Both the position numbers and the translations under genes were made by a program. A stretch of 64,000 bases of DNA from an uncultured candidate division Zixibacteria bacterium (GTDB lineage Bacteria > Zixibacteria > MSB-5A5 > UBA10806): contig CAWDFP010000011.1 of NCBI GenBank assembly GCA_963801605.1, forward strand, positions 166,907 to 230,906. The letters run 5' to 3'. The first letter of the stretch is position 1; every line of letters starts with the position of its first letter. Positions 31,699 through 42,021 of this stretch are shown here, in pieces. Under the pieces are notes generated by a model. That model was not told the origin of the DNA. It searched no databases and saw only the letters and a program-made list of their open reading frames with translations.

Positions 31699-33693
31699 CT
31701 AGCGTTTTCGAGCCGACAATGCTCTATTGGCCAATACAAGTGTTTCCCGACGGTCAATAGTAAAACGATGATTTTTATAGTATTCCGGCAAGATTTTCTG
31801 AAAGTAACCGGTTTTCGACACAAACGATGGAATTGCTTCCTTTTCAGTAGGGAAAGGCACCAATTTAGTCGGCGCGTCATTCAGTAAACCGTATTTGACG
31901 TTAACTCGGTCCCATCCGATTCCTTTTCCCATTGAACCGCCTCCGCAAACCGAAAAATAATCGAGCATCAAATCGGCGGCTTCAAGCGACAGCGGGACCT
32001 TATTGCCCTGGGGCGTAAAGGCCCTGATACATAGAAACATCGGCACCGAATTCCAGGCATCCGAATCAAAATGATCGAGATGATAATCGGTATCCGGTTG
32101 AGCATAACGATATGGCCAGATTACCTTGCGCCCCGATTTGCCATGGAATGTCAAGCGACGCATGGAGCCTTCACCGCGAGGTCCGGGATCGGGAAATTCC
32201 ACTTCCGATAGCTCAAACTTCAGTGCCGGCTGCTTTAGAGCGCTCCAATCGCAATCTCCCAAAGCGGCTTTGGCCTCGACTAAATGATTATTGGCAGCTT
32301 GCCAAACGAATGAATTCAAGAATGATCCCAATCCCTTAGACCTGAGCTTGTCGTCAGTGGCGATATGGGATGCATAAAAAATTGTGTTTTTTCGGTCGGC
32401 AATAACGGCGCCATCAGCAGCGCATACTACCTTGCCTGACGGATCCACCAGTACTAACATTGTCCAGCGGTACCATATCGGACGTTCGCTGCCGGGTTCA
32501 CCGACGTTCGAAATTCTTCCGCCGTGTATGCGGTTTGCTTTCATAAAAGAAACGATCATACCAGGGCCGTCGATCTCATCCGGAGCAAACCAGCGGGCCA
32601 GCAGCGCATATCCCTCTTTGGCCAGTCGGCAGCTGAAATCGAGTATCTCATACGGTTTGTATCCGGGCTTTTTACGAATGAGGTCCTTGATAAAAAATGC
32701 CGTACTCGATTTTTCGATAAGTTGGACAGAATCTTTATTATTTTCGCTGAAAACCGAATCGCCGTTAACCTGCTTAATTCTTTCGAGGAAACTTTCGCCA
32801 TAGCTTTCGAGACAGCGCAAAGCGTCCTTTGTTTCCGCCGAAAGATATAAATACTGAAGGGCGCCTTTTTCGGTTAGCAGCAGGTCATCATCGAGCGCAT
32901 TATCCAGTGATTTAAGGATGTTTGAACTGTAATTTTTTAGGAATTCCTTATATGATACCGCCAGCTTCCTGGCAAAAGAATCGCGTTGTTTGCTGATTTC
33001 ATTTATTTGGCTTACGATTGTTTTCAGGAAATTTCTAATACGAACCGAGTATAATTTCAAACCCGCCTCTCTAGCGGTTTTTTCATAACCGTTACAGGTA
33101 TAGCCCAGTATATCCTCCAGAAAAAATGTCTCGTAATCCGGCGAATGACGCAGCTCCTTTTCAATTCGAACATAATCGAAATCATTCTCGTCATAGAGCA
33201 TGACCGTTTTCCACCAATCGAGGGGAGCATCCAATTCACGCATGGCGGCCGTACCATTTACGGCGAAATTCCTGACATATTTTTCGTATTCGGGCCAGTG
33301 CACCATGGGGCAATCGTGCTGGTCGATTATAAACTCGATCCGTTTGCCCTTGATATCCATTATAATCGGATAAGTGTCGCACAAAATCGGCTTAACCGGC
33401 AGGGCCGTACAATGATATTCCTTATCCAGAAAAGGACAACCATTCTTCATTTTTAGGACATCGACATCGCCATAAGGGGTATTCAGGCGATCAAGATACT
33501 TGTTCTCAAAATCGTTTAGCGGCATGTTGAAATACGATGCCATATACTCTTTTTCGCCGGGGAGTAAGGTAGAGACCTTATATATTTCGCACTTGCCTCC
33601 GCAACGGGCGCAAGCGTCGTATGTATCCCCCTGAAAAGTGGAATGATACCTGTTGATTGATTTTGAGCAGTCAGGCATATTTTTCCTCGCCAT
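31699..33693 (-). CDS. Fusion of a YkgJ/CxxCxxCC-type cysteine-cluster domain and a GNAT-like acetyltransferase domain
   Basis: N-terminal CARCGGKC...CPFLDKEYHC...KPILCDTYP. C-terminal HIATDDKLRSKGLGSFL (GNAT motif A), EVE..RRLTFHGKSG..YAQP..PMFL. Confidence 0.75.
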   Translation of the reverse strand: MARKNMPDCSKSINRYHSTFQGDTYDACARCGGKCEIYKVSTLLPGEKEYMASYFNMPLNDFENKYLDRLNTPYGDVDVLKMKNGCPFLDKEYHCTALPVKPILCDTYPIIMDIKGKRIEFIIDQHDCPMVHWPEYEKYVRNFAVNGTAAMRELDAPLDWWKTVMLYDENDFDYVRIEKELRHSPDYETFFLEDILGYTCNGYEKTAREAGLKLYSVRIRNFLKTIVSQINEISKQRDSFARKLAVSYKEFLKNYSSNILKSLDNALDDDLLLTEKGALQYLYLSAETKDALRCLESYGESFLERIKQVNGDSVFSENNKDSVQLIEKSSTAFFIKDLIRKKPGYKPYEILDFSCRLAKEGYALLARWFAPDEIDGPGMIVSFMKANRIHGGRISNVGEPGSERPIWYRWTMLVLVDPSGKVVCAADGAVIADRKNTIFYASHIATDDKLRSKGLGSFLNSFVWQAANNHLVEAKAALGDCDWSALKQPALKFELSEVEFPDPGPRGEGSMRRLTFHGKSGRKVIWPYRYAQPDTDYHLDHFDSDAWNSVPMFLCIRAFTPQGNKVPLSLEAADLMLDYFSVCGGGSMGKGIGWDRVNVKYGLLNDAPTKLVPFPTEKEAIPSFVSKTGYFQKILPEYYKNHRFTIDRRETLVLANRALSARKR

Positions 33694-33855
33694 TAAGCTA
33701 AGTTGTCTCCGAGACAATACCTACTCTTTCCGGGAATTTAAATCATTTTATCTATCCGGGAAAGGACGATTTAAATAATTACAGATTAAATTAAACAAAG
33801 ATTCTAAAAACCGCTCCATAATAATCTTTGGGGAAAATATGGAGATCTCGATTTA

Positions 33856-33884
33856 AGATTAGGGTTGTAGGCGTTCAATGTCAA
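33856..33884 (-). promoter_or_regulatory. Sigma70-like promoter for the YkgJ-GNAT two-gene unit
   Basis: Minus strand TTGACA-N17-TAATCT. Confidence 0.45.
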
Positions 33885-34056
33885 TAATATTTATTGCGGG
33901 TTCAAAGGCGCGAAAATCATTTGCATTAGATAATTCGAAAAATTACATTAGGCGTATCGCGGGGGCAATGAGAGGCGGTAATAACGCTCTCGGAATTTGT
34001 TGTGATCTACTTATCTTCTAAAATTCAGCTCAGGTTAATTCGATACAGGCAATAAT

Positions 34057-35835
34057 ATGCATGCATCAACTTTGATTATTGTGGCATTGCTATTGTTTGC
34101 GTTGGCTTATCGTTTTTACGCCAAATTTATCATGACCAAGGTGTTGGTTTTCGATAGCGCCAAAGAAACTCCGGCTTATGCGCTTCGTGACGGCAAAGAC
34201 TATCATCCCACCAACAAATATGTTCTTTTCGGACATCATTTTGCGGCCATCTCGGGAGCGGGCCCTCTGGTTGGGCCGGTGTTGGCGGCCCAGTTTGGCT
34301 ATCTGCCTGGATACCTCTGGATTTTAATTGGCGCGGTGCTTGGCGGCGCAGTACACGATATGGTGATCCTCTTTGCCTCAGTGCGCTTAAAGGGGCTATC
34401 TCTAATTCACCTGGCCAAGGAGCATGCCGGCTCGGTGGCGGCGGTTTCGACGGCAATCGCCATCCTTTTTATAATCATCACCGCTTTAGCGGGCCTGGCG
34501 CTGGTGGTGGTTAATGCGCTCAACGAAAGTATCTGGGCAACCTTTACTATAGCCGTGACGATCCCGGCGGCCCTTCTGGTTGGATTATATATGTATAAGA
34601 TCAGGCCCGGTAAGCTCCTTGAGGCGTCGCTCTTTGGGGTAGCGATAGTAATCCTTGGGGTCATAGCCGGTGAACCGCTTTCGCGGACGAGTTTCGGTTC
34701 GATCTTTCTCCTTTCCAAACCAACTCTTTCGATTCTTCTTCCGCTTTACGGCCTGGTAGCGTCAACTTTACCAGTCTGGATGCTGCTTTGTCCGAGGGAT
34801 TATCTGAGCTCCTACATGAAAATCGGAACGATCGCGTTTTTAACGTTGGGAATTTTTATAGTCAACCCGGTTATACACATGCCGGCGGTTACCCCGTTTA
34901 TTCACGGGGGAGGGCCGATTATTCCCGGCAAGGTTTGGCCCTTTGTTTGCATTACGATTGCCTGCGGGGCCATCAGCGGATTTCACGCTTTAATCGGTTC
35001 GGGCACGACTCCCAAGATGATCTCGAACGAGAAAGATATTCTCTTTATAGGATATGGAGCGATGCTTACCGAAGCCGTCGTTTCGATCATGGCCCTGATC
35101 GCGGCCACGACTCTCATTCCGGCAGATTATTTTGCGATTAATCTTTCCCCCGAGGCTTTCAGCAAGCTGGGCATGAAAGTCAGCCAGTTGGGCGAGATTG
35201 AACGAATGACCGGCGAAACGCTTGTGGGAAGATCCGGCGGAGCAGTTTCACTGGCAGCCGGGATGGCGGTGATTCTTTCGGCAATCAAGGGCATGAAGCA
35301 TTTAATGAGCTATTGGTATCATTTCGCTATCATGTTCGAGGCGCTGTTCATTTTAACCACGGTCGATACGGGGACTCGCGTGGCGCGTTATGTGCTTCAG
35401 GAAATGCTCAAGCCGATTCATCCGCGTCTTGGCAGCACCACCTGGGTTCCGGGTGTATTATTAAGCGGTGCGATAATTAGTTTCTTATGGGGTTACCTCG
35501 TCTATAATGGCGATATCTCAACCATCTGGCCGATGTTTGGAGTTGCCAATCAGCTTCTGGCGACTCTGGCGCTGGCTCTGGGGACTATCTTTATTCTCAG
35601 GCATTCCGGTAAATGGTATTATGGCTTGATTACTTTTATACCGTCCGTATTTATGTTTGCTACCACCTTTGCGGCCGGGCTTGATAATATTATGGATAAT
35701 TACCTTCCCAAGCACACGCTTCAAGGCAATCTCAACGCCTTACTGACGGTTGTAATGCTGGTTTTGGTGATAATTATATTTTTTGAATCAAGCCGCAAAT
35801 CGGTGAAGTTTTTGGTGGATGCGAGTCGAGCTTAA
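34057..35835 (+). CDS. cstA: Carbon starvation protein A (peptide/pyruvate transporter)
   Basis: LFGHHFAAISGAGPLVGP, ITIACGAISGFH, DTGTRVARY, IWPMFGVANQLLA. Confidence 0.95.
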   Translation: MHASTLIIVALLLFALAYRFYAKFIMTKVLVFDSAKETPAYALRDGKDYHPTNKYVLFGHHFAAISGAGPLVGPVLAAQFGYLPGYLWILIGAVLGGAVHDMVILFASVRLKGLSLIHLAKEHAGSVAAVSTAIAILFIIITALAGLALVVVNALNESIWATFTIAVTIPAALLVGLYMYKIRPGKLLEASLFGVAIVILGVIAGEPLSRTSFGSIFLLSKPTLSILLPLYGLVASTLPVWMLLCPRDYLSSYMKIGTIAFLTLGIFIVNPVIHMPAVTPFIHGGGPIIPGKVWPFVCITIACGAISGFHALIGSGTTPKMISNEKDILFIGYGAMLTEAVVSIMALIAATTLIPADYFAINLSPEAFSKLGMKVSQLGEIERMTGETLVGRSGGAVSLAAGMAVILSAIKGMKHLMSYWYHFAIMFEALFILTTVDTGTRVARYVLQEMLKPIHPRLGSTTWVPGVLLSGAIISFLWGYLVYNGDISTIWPMFGVANQLLATLALALGTIFILRHSGKWYYGLITFIPSVFMFATTFAAGLDNIMDNYLPKHTLQGNLNALLTVVMLVLVIIIFFESSRKSVKFLVDASRA

Positions 35836-36060
35836 TATACTTATTGTTGCATAATAGCTTTTATCGGCATCTTTATAGTTATCCGAATATTACTTAATTA
35901 TTAAGAGAGTATTGAAGAAATGGCAACAATACGGCTTCTTTGTTTGCGCAATATTTTAACAATACACCCAACTCCAAATTTATATGGAACCGGTTGGATA
36001 GATTAGAGCGTTCTTGAATAAAATGGATAATATGAACACGATATTGAAGAGAGGTGTATT

Positions 36061-36498
36061 TTGGGATTGATAATTTCCGACGTTAAGGCAAAATATCTCG
36101 ATACCGGCCTGCTAATACTGAGAATCGGTTTGGGGATTATGTTTATCTATCATGGCGCCCCCAAATTGTTGGGAGGACCTGAGTTGTGGGCAAAAGTCGG
36201 CGGGGCCGCCGGCAATTTCGGATTATCGTTTATGCCTGCCTTCTGGGGATTTATGGCGGGTGTGGCGGAGTTTGGGGGAGGATTGTTTCTTCTGCTCGGA
36301 ATCCTTTATATTCCCGCTTGCATTCTGCTTGTAATCGATCTAACCGTAGCCTCATCCACGCATTTCCATGCCGGACAGGGACTGGGTGGCGCCTCGCATG
36401 CCATAGAAGATGCGATTGTTTTCTTAAGCCTGATCCTGATCGGCCCGGGACGATACAATCTGGGATTATTATTTAAGCCTAAAGAAAAAACGAACTGA
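36061..36498 (+). CDS. DoxX family membrane protein
   Basis: GLLILRIGLG.MF.YHG..K, AEFGGG, GPGRY. TTG start with RBS GAGGTG. Confidence 0.88.
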   Translation: MGLIISDVKAKYLDTGLLILRIGLGIMFIYHGAPKLLGGPELWAKVGGAAGNFGLSFMPAFWGFMAGVAEFGGGLFLLLGILYIPACILLVIDLTVASSTHFHAGQGLGGASHAIEDAIVFLSLILIGPGRYNLGLLFKPKEKTN

Positions 36499-36555
36499 AT
36501 GGTAATGTTTCCGAATTCAATCAAATAAAATTAGCGGCGAAGTTCATTCTGAATC

Positions 36556-36580
36556 GAGGCGATCCAAGGATCGCCTCTTT
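36556..36580 (+). terminator. Rho-independent terminator
   Basis: GAGGCGATCC-AA-GGATCGCCTC followed by TTT. Confidence 0.65.
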
Positions 36581-36938
36581 GCATTAAAATCAATCTATCC
36601 TTGCTTACTTAATAACTCGAAATTTCAAACAGACTTTATTAATTTACTGATTAATCAATTAAGATTCTTATACGCGCTTGATATTGTTCAATAATTTGCG
36701 TCTTCATTAATCATGGAAACTTCTTGACAACTATGGCAAAAAGCCTAAATTTGCCGCTTAAATTGTATCAGGCAATGTTTTTTGATGCAATGCTTTCGTG
36801 GGGGCATCGGGGATTTATTAGCGGGGGGAGTCTCTACCAGTATTTTATTCAAGGCCGCGACGAACTTGGTATCTGTTTATAATGATTACGTTTTTAAAGT
36901 AAATGCTTTGTTAATAAAAGGGTTGTCAGGGAGGTAAA

Positions 36939-37397
36939 ATGAAAAGGGCTGCGATCAAAGTCATTCTTATTATAATGGTTGGGTCAGCTTGTTCTGTTAT
37001 GGGACGAAAAACTATTCCCGATGGCCCGGTGCCATATAGCATTATCCTATCCGGTTCGCACAGCCAGGCTGATAGCTTTCAGGTCAAGCTAATCACCGGT
37101 CAAAATGATTGGGAAAAAGTCTGGCAAATAGTCTCCGGCAAAGAGGAACCGCTTCCCAATATCCCCACTGTGAATTTTAGCAATAATTATGTCATTGCCG
37201 CTTTTATGGGCGAACGCAGCAGCTCCGGATATAAAATTGAAATTCCGCAAATCGTAAAGCAGGGTCAAACCCTGAAAGTACATGTCAAATTGTACGAAAC
37301 TCCGGGAATGTTAACCGTTATAACCAATCCTTTTACGTTGGTGCGGATACCGCGCGGAAATTTTAAGCTCGAGGTTGTCCCCGAAACGGCTCAATGA
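36939..37397 (+). CDS. Lipoprotein with a PrcB C-terminal-like domain
   Basis: Lipobox GSAC; PTVNF..NYVIAAFMGERSSSGYKIEI and VITNPFTLVRIP. Confidence 0.75.
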   Translation: MKRAAIKVILIIMVGSACSVMGRKTIPDGPVPYSIILSGSHSQADSFQVKLITGQNDWEKVWQIVSGKEEPLPNIPTVNFSNNYVIAAFMGERSSSGYKIEIPQIVKQGQTLKVHVKLYETPGMLTVITNPFTLVRIPRGNFKLEVVPETAQ

Positions 37398-38377
37398 AAA
37401 AACGCCTTAAATTAGTTATTAATGTTACCCGGGATAAAAGGGTTCATAAAATTTTAGAAAACTTTATTGCCCGTAACCACGTAGTCTCTGGCATGTTTGA
37501 CAGGGTGTACGTAATGAGCCGCGCGGAGCTTATCCGGGAAATAGCCTCGGCAGATGTGCTGTTTTCGTTTGCCGTACCGGAGGAAGCCATTAAGACTGCC
37601 GACAATCTGAAATGGCTGCATTTCGCCTCGGCTGGAGTTGAAAAATCGCTTAACGCATCACTGCGCTCAAAAAAAATCAAGCTGTCCTGTTCGCGAGGAA
37701 TTCATGCCGCCGCAATCTCCGAATATGTGCTCATGCAAATGCTGGCCTTTTCGAAAAATCTGCGACGGGCTTATCAATTTCAGGATAAACATCAATGGCG
37801 ATTCGAGGCGCTGCTCCCCGGAAAATTTGATCTTGAGGGCAAAACCATCGCAATAATTGGATTAGGTTCAATCGGATTGAGAGTTGCGAAACTGGCCAAA
37901 GCATTTGAGATGAATGTAATTGGCACTGTGAATAGGGTACGCAAATTACCGTATGTCGATAAGGTTTATCCGCAATCGAAAATTGAGACATGTCTGAAGC
38001 CGGCAGATATTGTGGTAATAAGCGCTCCCCTCACGGATCGGACATTTCACATTATTGGGAAACGCGAGCTTTCGATAATGAAACCCGGATCGTACCTGAT
38101 CAATATCGGGCGCGGACAACTGATCGATGAAAAAGCGTTAATCGAAGCGCTCGAAGCCAAAAAGATTGCCGGAGCCGCCCTTGACGTTTTCGATACTGAG
38201 CCGTTGCCGTCAGATTCGCCTCTGTGGTCGATGGAAAATGTGGTGGTTACTCCGCACTATTCAGGCATGGCGGAAAATCTCTGGGAAAAGACGGCGGCTC
38301 GGTTTTGCGAAAATGCTATCAGGTTTAAAGATGGCAAACGGTTGATCGGCGCAGTTAGTATTGAAAAAGGATATTAG
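37394..38377 (+). CDS. D-2-hydroxyacid dehydrogenase family protein
   Basis: IIGLGSIG, LINIGRG, AALDVFDTEPLP, VTPHYSG. Confidence 0.92.
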   Translation: MKKRLKLVINVTRDKRVHKILENFIARNHVVSGMFDRVYVMSRAELIREIASADVLFSFAVPEEAIKTADNLKWLHFASAGVEKSLNASLRSKKIKLSCSRGIHAAAISEYVLMQMLAFSKNLRRAYQFQDKHQWRFEALLPGKFDLEGKTIAIIGLGSIGLRVAKLAKAFEMNVIGTVNRVRKLPYVDKVYPQSKIETCLKPADIVVISAPLTDRTFHIIGKRELSIMKPGSYLINIGRGQLIDEKALIEALEAKKIAGAALDVFDTEPLPSDSPLWSMENVVVTPHYSGMAENLWEKTAARFCENAIRFKDGKRLIGAVSIEKGY

Positions 38378-38432
38378 TAAATTGAATATAAATAGCTAAC
38401 GTTTTTTAGGAGTTTGAACAGAAGTAAAATAT

Positions 38433-39452
38433 ATGATTTACCAATCAGTATCAGTAGCTAAGGTTTACAGGGGGGCCGCGGTCGAATCGATCCATTGGGG
38501 TTCGAGCGCTGTAACGGACGCCAACGGCCGTTTGCTTTACAGGGTAGGCGATCCATATCTCGTGACCTTCATGAGATCGGCTTCAAAGCCTTTCCAGGCT
38601 ATTCCGGTAATTGAATCGGGAGCGGCCAAAAAATTTGATTTTTCATCAAAAGAGATCGCGATCATGTGCGGATCGCATTCGGGAGAATCATTTCATATCG
38701 AAATCGTGAAATCGATACTCGATAAAATCGGTCTTGATGAGAGTTATCTGCAATGCGGTGTCCATATTCCTCATCGTTACACGGTGCTGGAACAGATTCC
38801 AGAGCCGGGCAGGATTTTCACCCCTATCGAACATAACTGCTCGGGAAAACATGCCGGTATGCTGGCAGTGGCAGTACACAAAGGTTTCTCGCTCAACGAT
38901 TATCTCTGGCCGGATCATCCGGTGCAGAAGATGATAATTAAAAGCGTTTCCGAAATCTGCCAATTTCCGGAGGAAAAACTTGCGCTGGGTATCGACGGTT
39001 GTTCGGCGCCTAATTTTGCGTTGCCGTTATTCAATATGGCCCTGGGATATGCCAGATTAATTGCGCCCAATTCTGTTCCCAAGGATCGGGCCAAGGCCTA
39101 TGGAGTCATCTCTCGCGCCATGATGGAGCATCCCGAAATTGTGGCTGGAACGGGTCGTTTTGACACCGTGGCCGCAACATCTCCGGGCGAGCGCATAATC
39201 GCCAAGGCGGGAGCCGAGGCCGTGCAGAGTTTCGCTTTCGTGGATCGTCTTCAGGGCGCTGCCATTAAAATTGCCGACGGTTCGCCGCGAGCGCTTTATC
39301 CCACGGCAGTCGAATTTCTCTATAAAATGGGAGTACGCACTAAAAGCGATGCTTTCGCCGAATTTCATCGGCCCAAGATCTGGAACTGGCGCGATTTCGA
39401 GGTTGGCTATATTGAACCGGGTTTTGAAATAAACGAAATGGAACGTGAATAA
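38433..39452 (+). CDS. L-asparaginase II family (Rhizobium etli-type, class 3)
   Basis: RSASKPFQA, GSHSGE, HNCSGKHAGML, DGCSAP, AKAGAE. Confidence 0.88.
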   Translation: MIYQSVSVAKVYRGAAVESIHWGSSAVTDANGRLLYRVGDPYLVTFMRSASKPFQAIPVIESGAAKKFDFSSKEIAIMCGSHSGESFHIEIVKSILDKIGLDESYLQCGVHIPHRYTVLEQIPEPGRIFTPIEHNCSGKHAGMLAVAVHKGFSLNDYLWPDHPVQKMIIKSVSEICQFPEEKLALGIDGCSAPNFALPLFNMALGYARLIAPNSVPKDRAKAYGVISRAMMEHPEIVAGTGRFDTVAATSPGERIIAKAGAEAVQSFAFVDRLQGAAIKIADGSPRALYPTAVEFLYKMGVRTKSDAFAEFHRPKIWNWRDFEVGYIEPGFEINEMERE

Positions 39453-39579
39453 TAGTTTCCATTGCTTCGAAAATAATGGTAAATTCGATTTTCGAGGGGT
39501 GGCTGAGCTACGAAATTGTGATTGGATTCAATTGAGATACCCTGGTGTAAAAGTCGTTGGCGCGATCAAATAAGGAGTA

Positions 39580-40956
39580 ATGATGATTGATTTTCCCGCT
39601 GAGCCGTATCGTATTAAATCTGTTGAGGCGATTAAGCTCATAACCCGTGAGGAACGGGTCAAAAGAATAAAGGATGCTAAATATAATATTTTCAAAGTGG
39701 CAGCCGAGGATATTTATCTCGATTTTTTAACCGATTCCGGAACTTCAGCCATGTCGGACAATCAATGGGCGGGGATTCTGACCGGTGACGAGTCTTACGC
39801 CGGATGCCGGAACTTTTTTCATTTCGATGAGACCGTCAAATCAATTACCGGCTTTAAACAGATCATCCCAACACATCAGGGACGGGCTGCCGAGCACCTT
39901 CTTTTTTCCACCATCTTAAAGCCCGGTGACAAAGTACCATCCAATACCCATTTCGATACCACTCATGCCAATATCGAATTTCAGGGCGCCCAGCCGGTCG
40001 ATCTTGTAATTGAAGAGGGCTTACATGCTCAGGGCAATCATCCCTTCAAAGGTAATATGGATTTAGCCAGGCTCGAGGATTTCATTAAAAAGACCGGGCC
40101 TGAGAAAATTCCTATCGGGATGATTACCGTTACCAACAATTCCGGCGGCGGCCAACCGGTATCGCTTGAAAATATCAAACAGGTTTCGAAACTATATCAT
40201 AAATACGGAATTCCTTTTTTCATTGATGCCTGTCGTTATGCCGAAAACTGCTATTTCATCAAAACTCGCGAAAAGGGACAGGAAAATCGCTCGGTACGGG
40301 AGATCGCCCATGAGATGTTCTCTTATGCTGATGGTTGCACTATGTCCGCCAAGAAGGATGGCTTGGCCAATATCGGCGGCTTTCTCGGTGTAAACGATGA
40401 AAGTTGGCATAAAAGGTTAACCACTAAGCTTATTCTAATCGAGGGTTTCCGCACTTACGGCGGATTGGCAGGTCGCGATCTGGAGGCAATTGCCCGCGGT
40501 CTGGTTGAGGCGCTTGATGAGAACTACCTGGCGCATCGGATTGGCCAGATAAAGAGCTTCGGCGAGCTTCTCACAAGTGTTGGAGTGCCAATAGTGCAGC
40601 CAACCGGCGGCCATGCGGTCTTTGTCGATGCCGCGGCGTTCTTGCCTGATATTCCGAGGAAGAATTTACCAGGTTGGGGGCTAACAGTCGCGCTTTATCG
40701 TGAAGGCGGCATCAGGGCGGTGGAAATCGGTACGGTTATGTTTGGAGCTAAGGACGATAAAGGTAATGATATATTCCCCGCTATGGAATTAGTGAGGTTA
40801 GCTGTACCGCGGCGCGTTTATACCGAATCGCACTTTAAATATGTGGCGAATGTTTTCGCTCGGATTGCATCGGATAAAAAGTTGGTTCCGGGCGTCCGAA
40901 TTACCTATCAGCCTGAATTGTTACGTCACTTTACCGCGGAGTTTGAGGAGATTTAG
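39580..40956 (+). CDS. tnaA: Tryptophanase
   Basis: LTDSGT, GDESYAG, THQGR, PLP lysine in MSAKKD. RAVEIG and LRHFTA favour tryptophanase over tyrosine phenol-lyase. Confidence 0.9.
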   Translation: MMIDFPAEPYRIKSVEAIKLITREERVKRIKDAKYNIFKVAAEDIYLDFLTDSGTSAMSDNQWAGILTGDESYAGCRNFFHFDETVKSITGFKQIIPTHQGRAAEHLLFSTILKPGDKVPSNTHFDTTHANIEFQGAQPVDLVIEEGLHAQGNHPFKGNMDLARLEDFIKKTGPEKIPIGMITVTNNSGGGQPVSLENIKQVSKLYHKYGIPFFIDACRYAENCYFIKTREKGQENRSVREIAHEMFSYADGCTMSAKKDGLANIGGFLGVNDESWHKRLTTKLILIEGFRTYGGLAGRDLEAIARGLVEALDENYLAHRIGQIKSFGELLTSVGVPIVQPTGGHAVFVDAAAFLPDIPRKNLPGWGLTVALYREGGIRAVEIGTVMFGAKDDKGNDIFPAMELVRLAVPRRVYTESHFKYVANVFARIASDKKLVPGVRITYQPELLRHFTAEFEEI

Positions 40957-41021
40957 GGTTGTACATGCCTCAGGATTGAAACGAAGTAACATGCTGAGGC
41001 TCTTGTAATTGTAGACAGTTA

Positions 41022-41106
41022 CGTCAGGTCTTAGGCTTCCGAGACCTGACGCATAAATCAGGTAAACCGTCAGATTACACCGCCTTTGGTACCTAAGACC
41101 TGACGG
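41022..41106. repeat. REP-like palindromic element
   Basis: CGTCAGGTCT-N10-AGACCTGACG hairpin. CGTCAGGTCTTAGG (41022) is also the exact inverted repeat of CCTAAGACCTGACG (41092). Confidence 0.6.
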
Positions 41107-41140
41107 AACCTTTCATGACATAAACGGAAGGACCCACTCA

Positions 41141-42019
41141 TTGCCCCCCTTACGATATCCAATAGATAAACTCAAAGAAAAAGCCCTCTATATCCGCCGC
41201 GATATAATCACGATGCTCATGCAGTCTCAGAGCGGGCATACGGGCGGGCCGCTTTCATGCGCTGATTTTTGCACGGCGTTGGCATTTTACGAGGCCAACT
41301 ATGATCCCCAAAATCCCAAATGGCCGCAGCGAGATATGTGGTTTTTCTCGATTGGCCATGTAACGCCGGTGCATTACTCGATGTTAGCCGAGGCCGGATT
41401 TTTTCCGCTCAAAGACCTGATGAGTTTTCGCACTTTCGGGGCGCATCTGCAAGGTCATCCCAGTTGTATCGATACGCCCGGCGTGGAGGTATCATCGGGA
41501 TCGCTCGGGCAGGGGCTTTCGATTGCTTTGGGGGTCGCGCTTGGCAGCAGAATGAATCATCATCCCCGACGGGTCTATTGCATTATGGGTGATGGCGAAC
41601 AGCAGGAGGGAAGCGTCTGGGAAGCCGTTATGGCGGCCGCGCACTATAAGCTCGATAATCTTTGCGCTATCGTAGATTTCAACAAGGCCCAGATTGACGG
41701 TTTCGTTGAAAATGTCATTGGTATCGAATCGCTCGCAGATAAATACCGTGCCTTTAATTGGCATGTGATTGAAATCGATGGGCATAATATGGAGGCGATC
41801 GTTAAAGCATTCGATCAGGCCCGGACGATCAAAGGGCAGCCCACGGTGATTCTGGCACATACGGTGATGGGGAAGGGCGTCAGTTTCATGGAAAACGATC
41901 CCGGCTGGCATGGCAAACCGCCATCTCCGGAGCAGGGACGCAAAGCGCTGGTGGAATTGGGAACGAGCTGGGAGGAGTGGTCAGAGAGGCTGCTGGAGGG
42001 AAGAGGATTAATATTGTAG
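41141..42019 (+). CDS. Transketolase, N-terminal (TPP-binding) subunit
   Basis: SGHTGG, LQGHP, SGSLGQG, GDGEQQEG..WEA, GWHG. TTG start. Confidence 0.93.
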   Translation: MPPLRYPIDKLKEKALYIRRDIITMLMQSQSGHTGGPLSCADFCTALAFYEANYDPQNPKWPQRDMWFFSIGHVTPVHYSMLAEAGFFPLKDLMSFRTFGAHLQGHPSCIDTPGVEVSSGSLGQGLSIALGVALGSRMNHHPRRVYCIMGDGEQQEGSVWEAVMAAAHYKLDNLCAIVDFNKAQIDGFVENVIGIESLADKYRAFNWHVIEIDGHNMEAIVKAFDQARTIKGQPTVILAHTVMGKGVSFMENDPGWHGKPPSPEQGRKALVELGTSWEEWSERLLEGRGLIL

Positions 42020-42021
42020 AT

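Noticed and set aside
36755..36938. Riboswitch in the long leader before the PrcB-like gene (also considered 46960-47295)
   Set aside because: I could not match any known aptamer consensus by eye; an Rfam/Infernal scan would be needed.
39476..39535. 19-aa Trp-containing ORF (MVNSIFEGWLSYEIVIGFN) upstream of tnaA as a TnaC leader
   Set aside because: It lacks the W-x3-D and terminal Pro pattern of TnaC and has no clear RBS.
39580..40956. Tyrosine phenol-lyase assignment (the N-terminus PAEPYRIKSVE resembles TPL)
   Set aside because: MSAKKD, RAVEIG and LRHFTA are tryptophanase-type residues.
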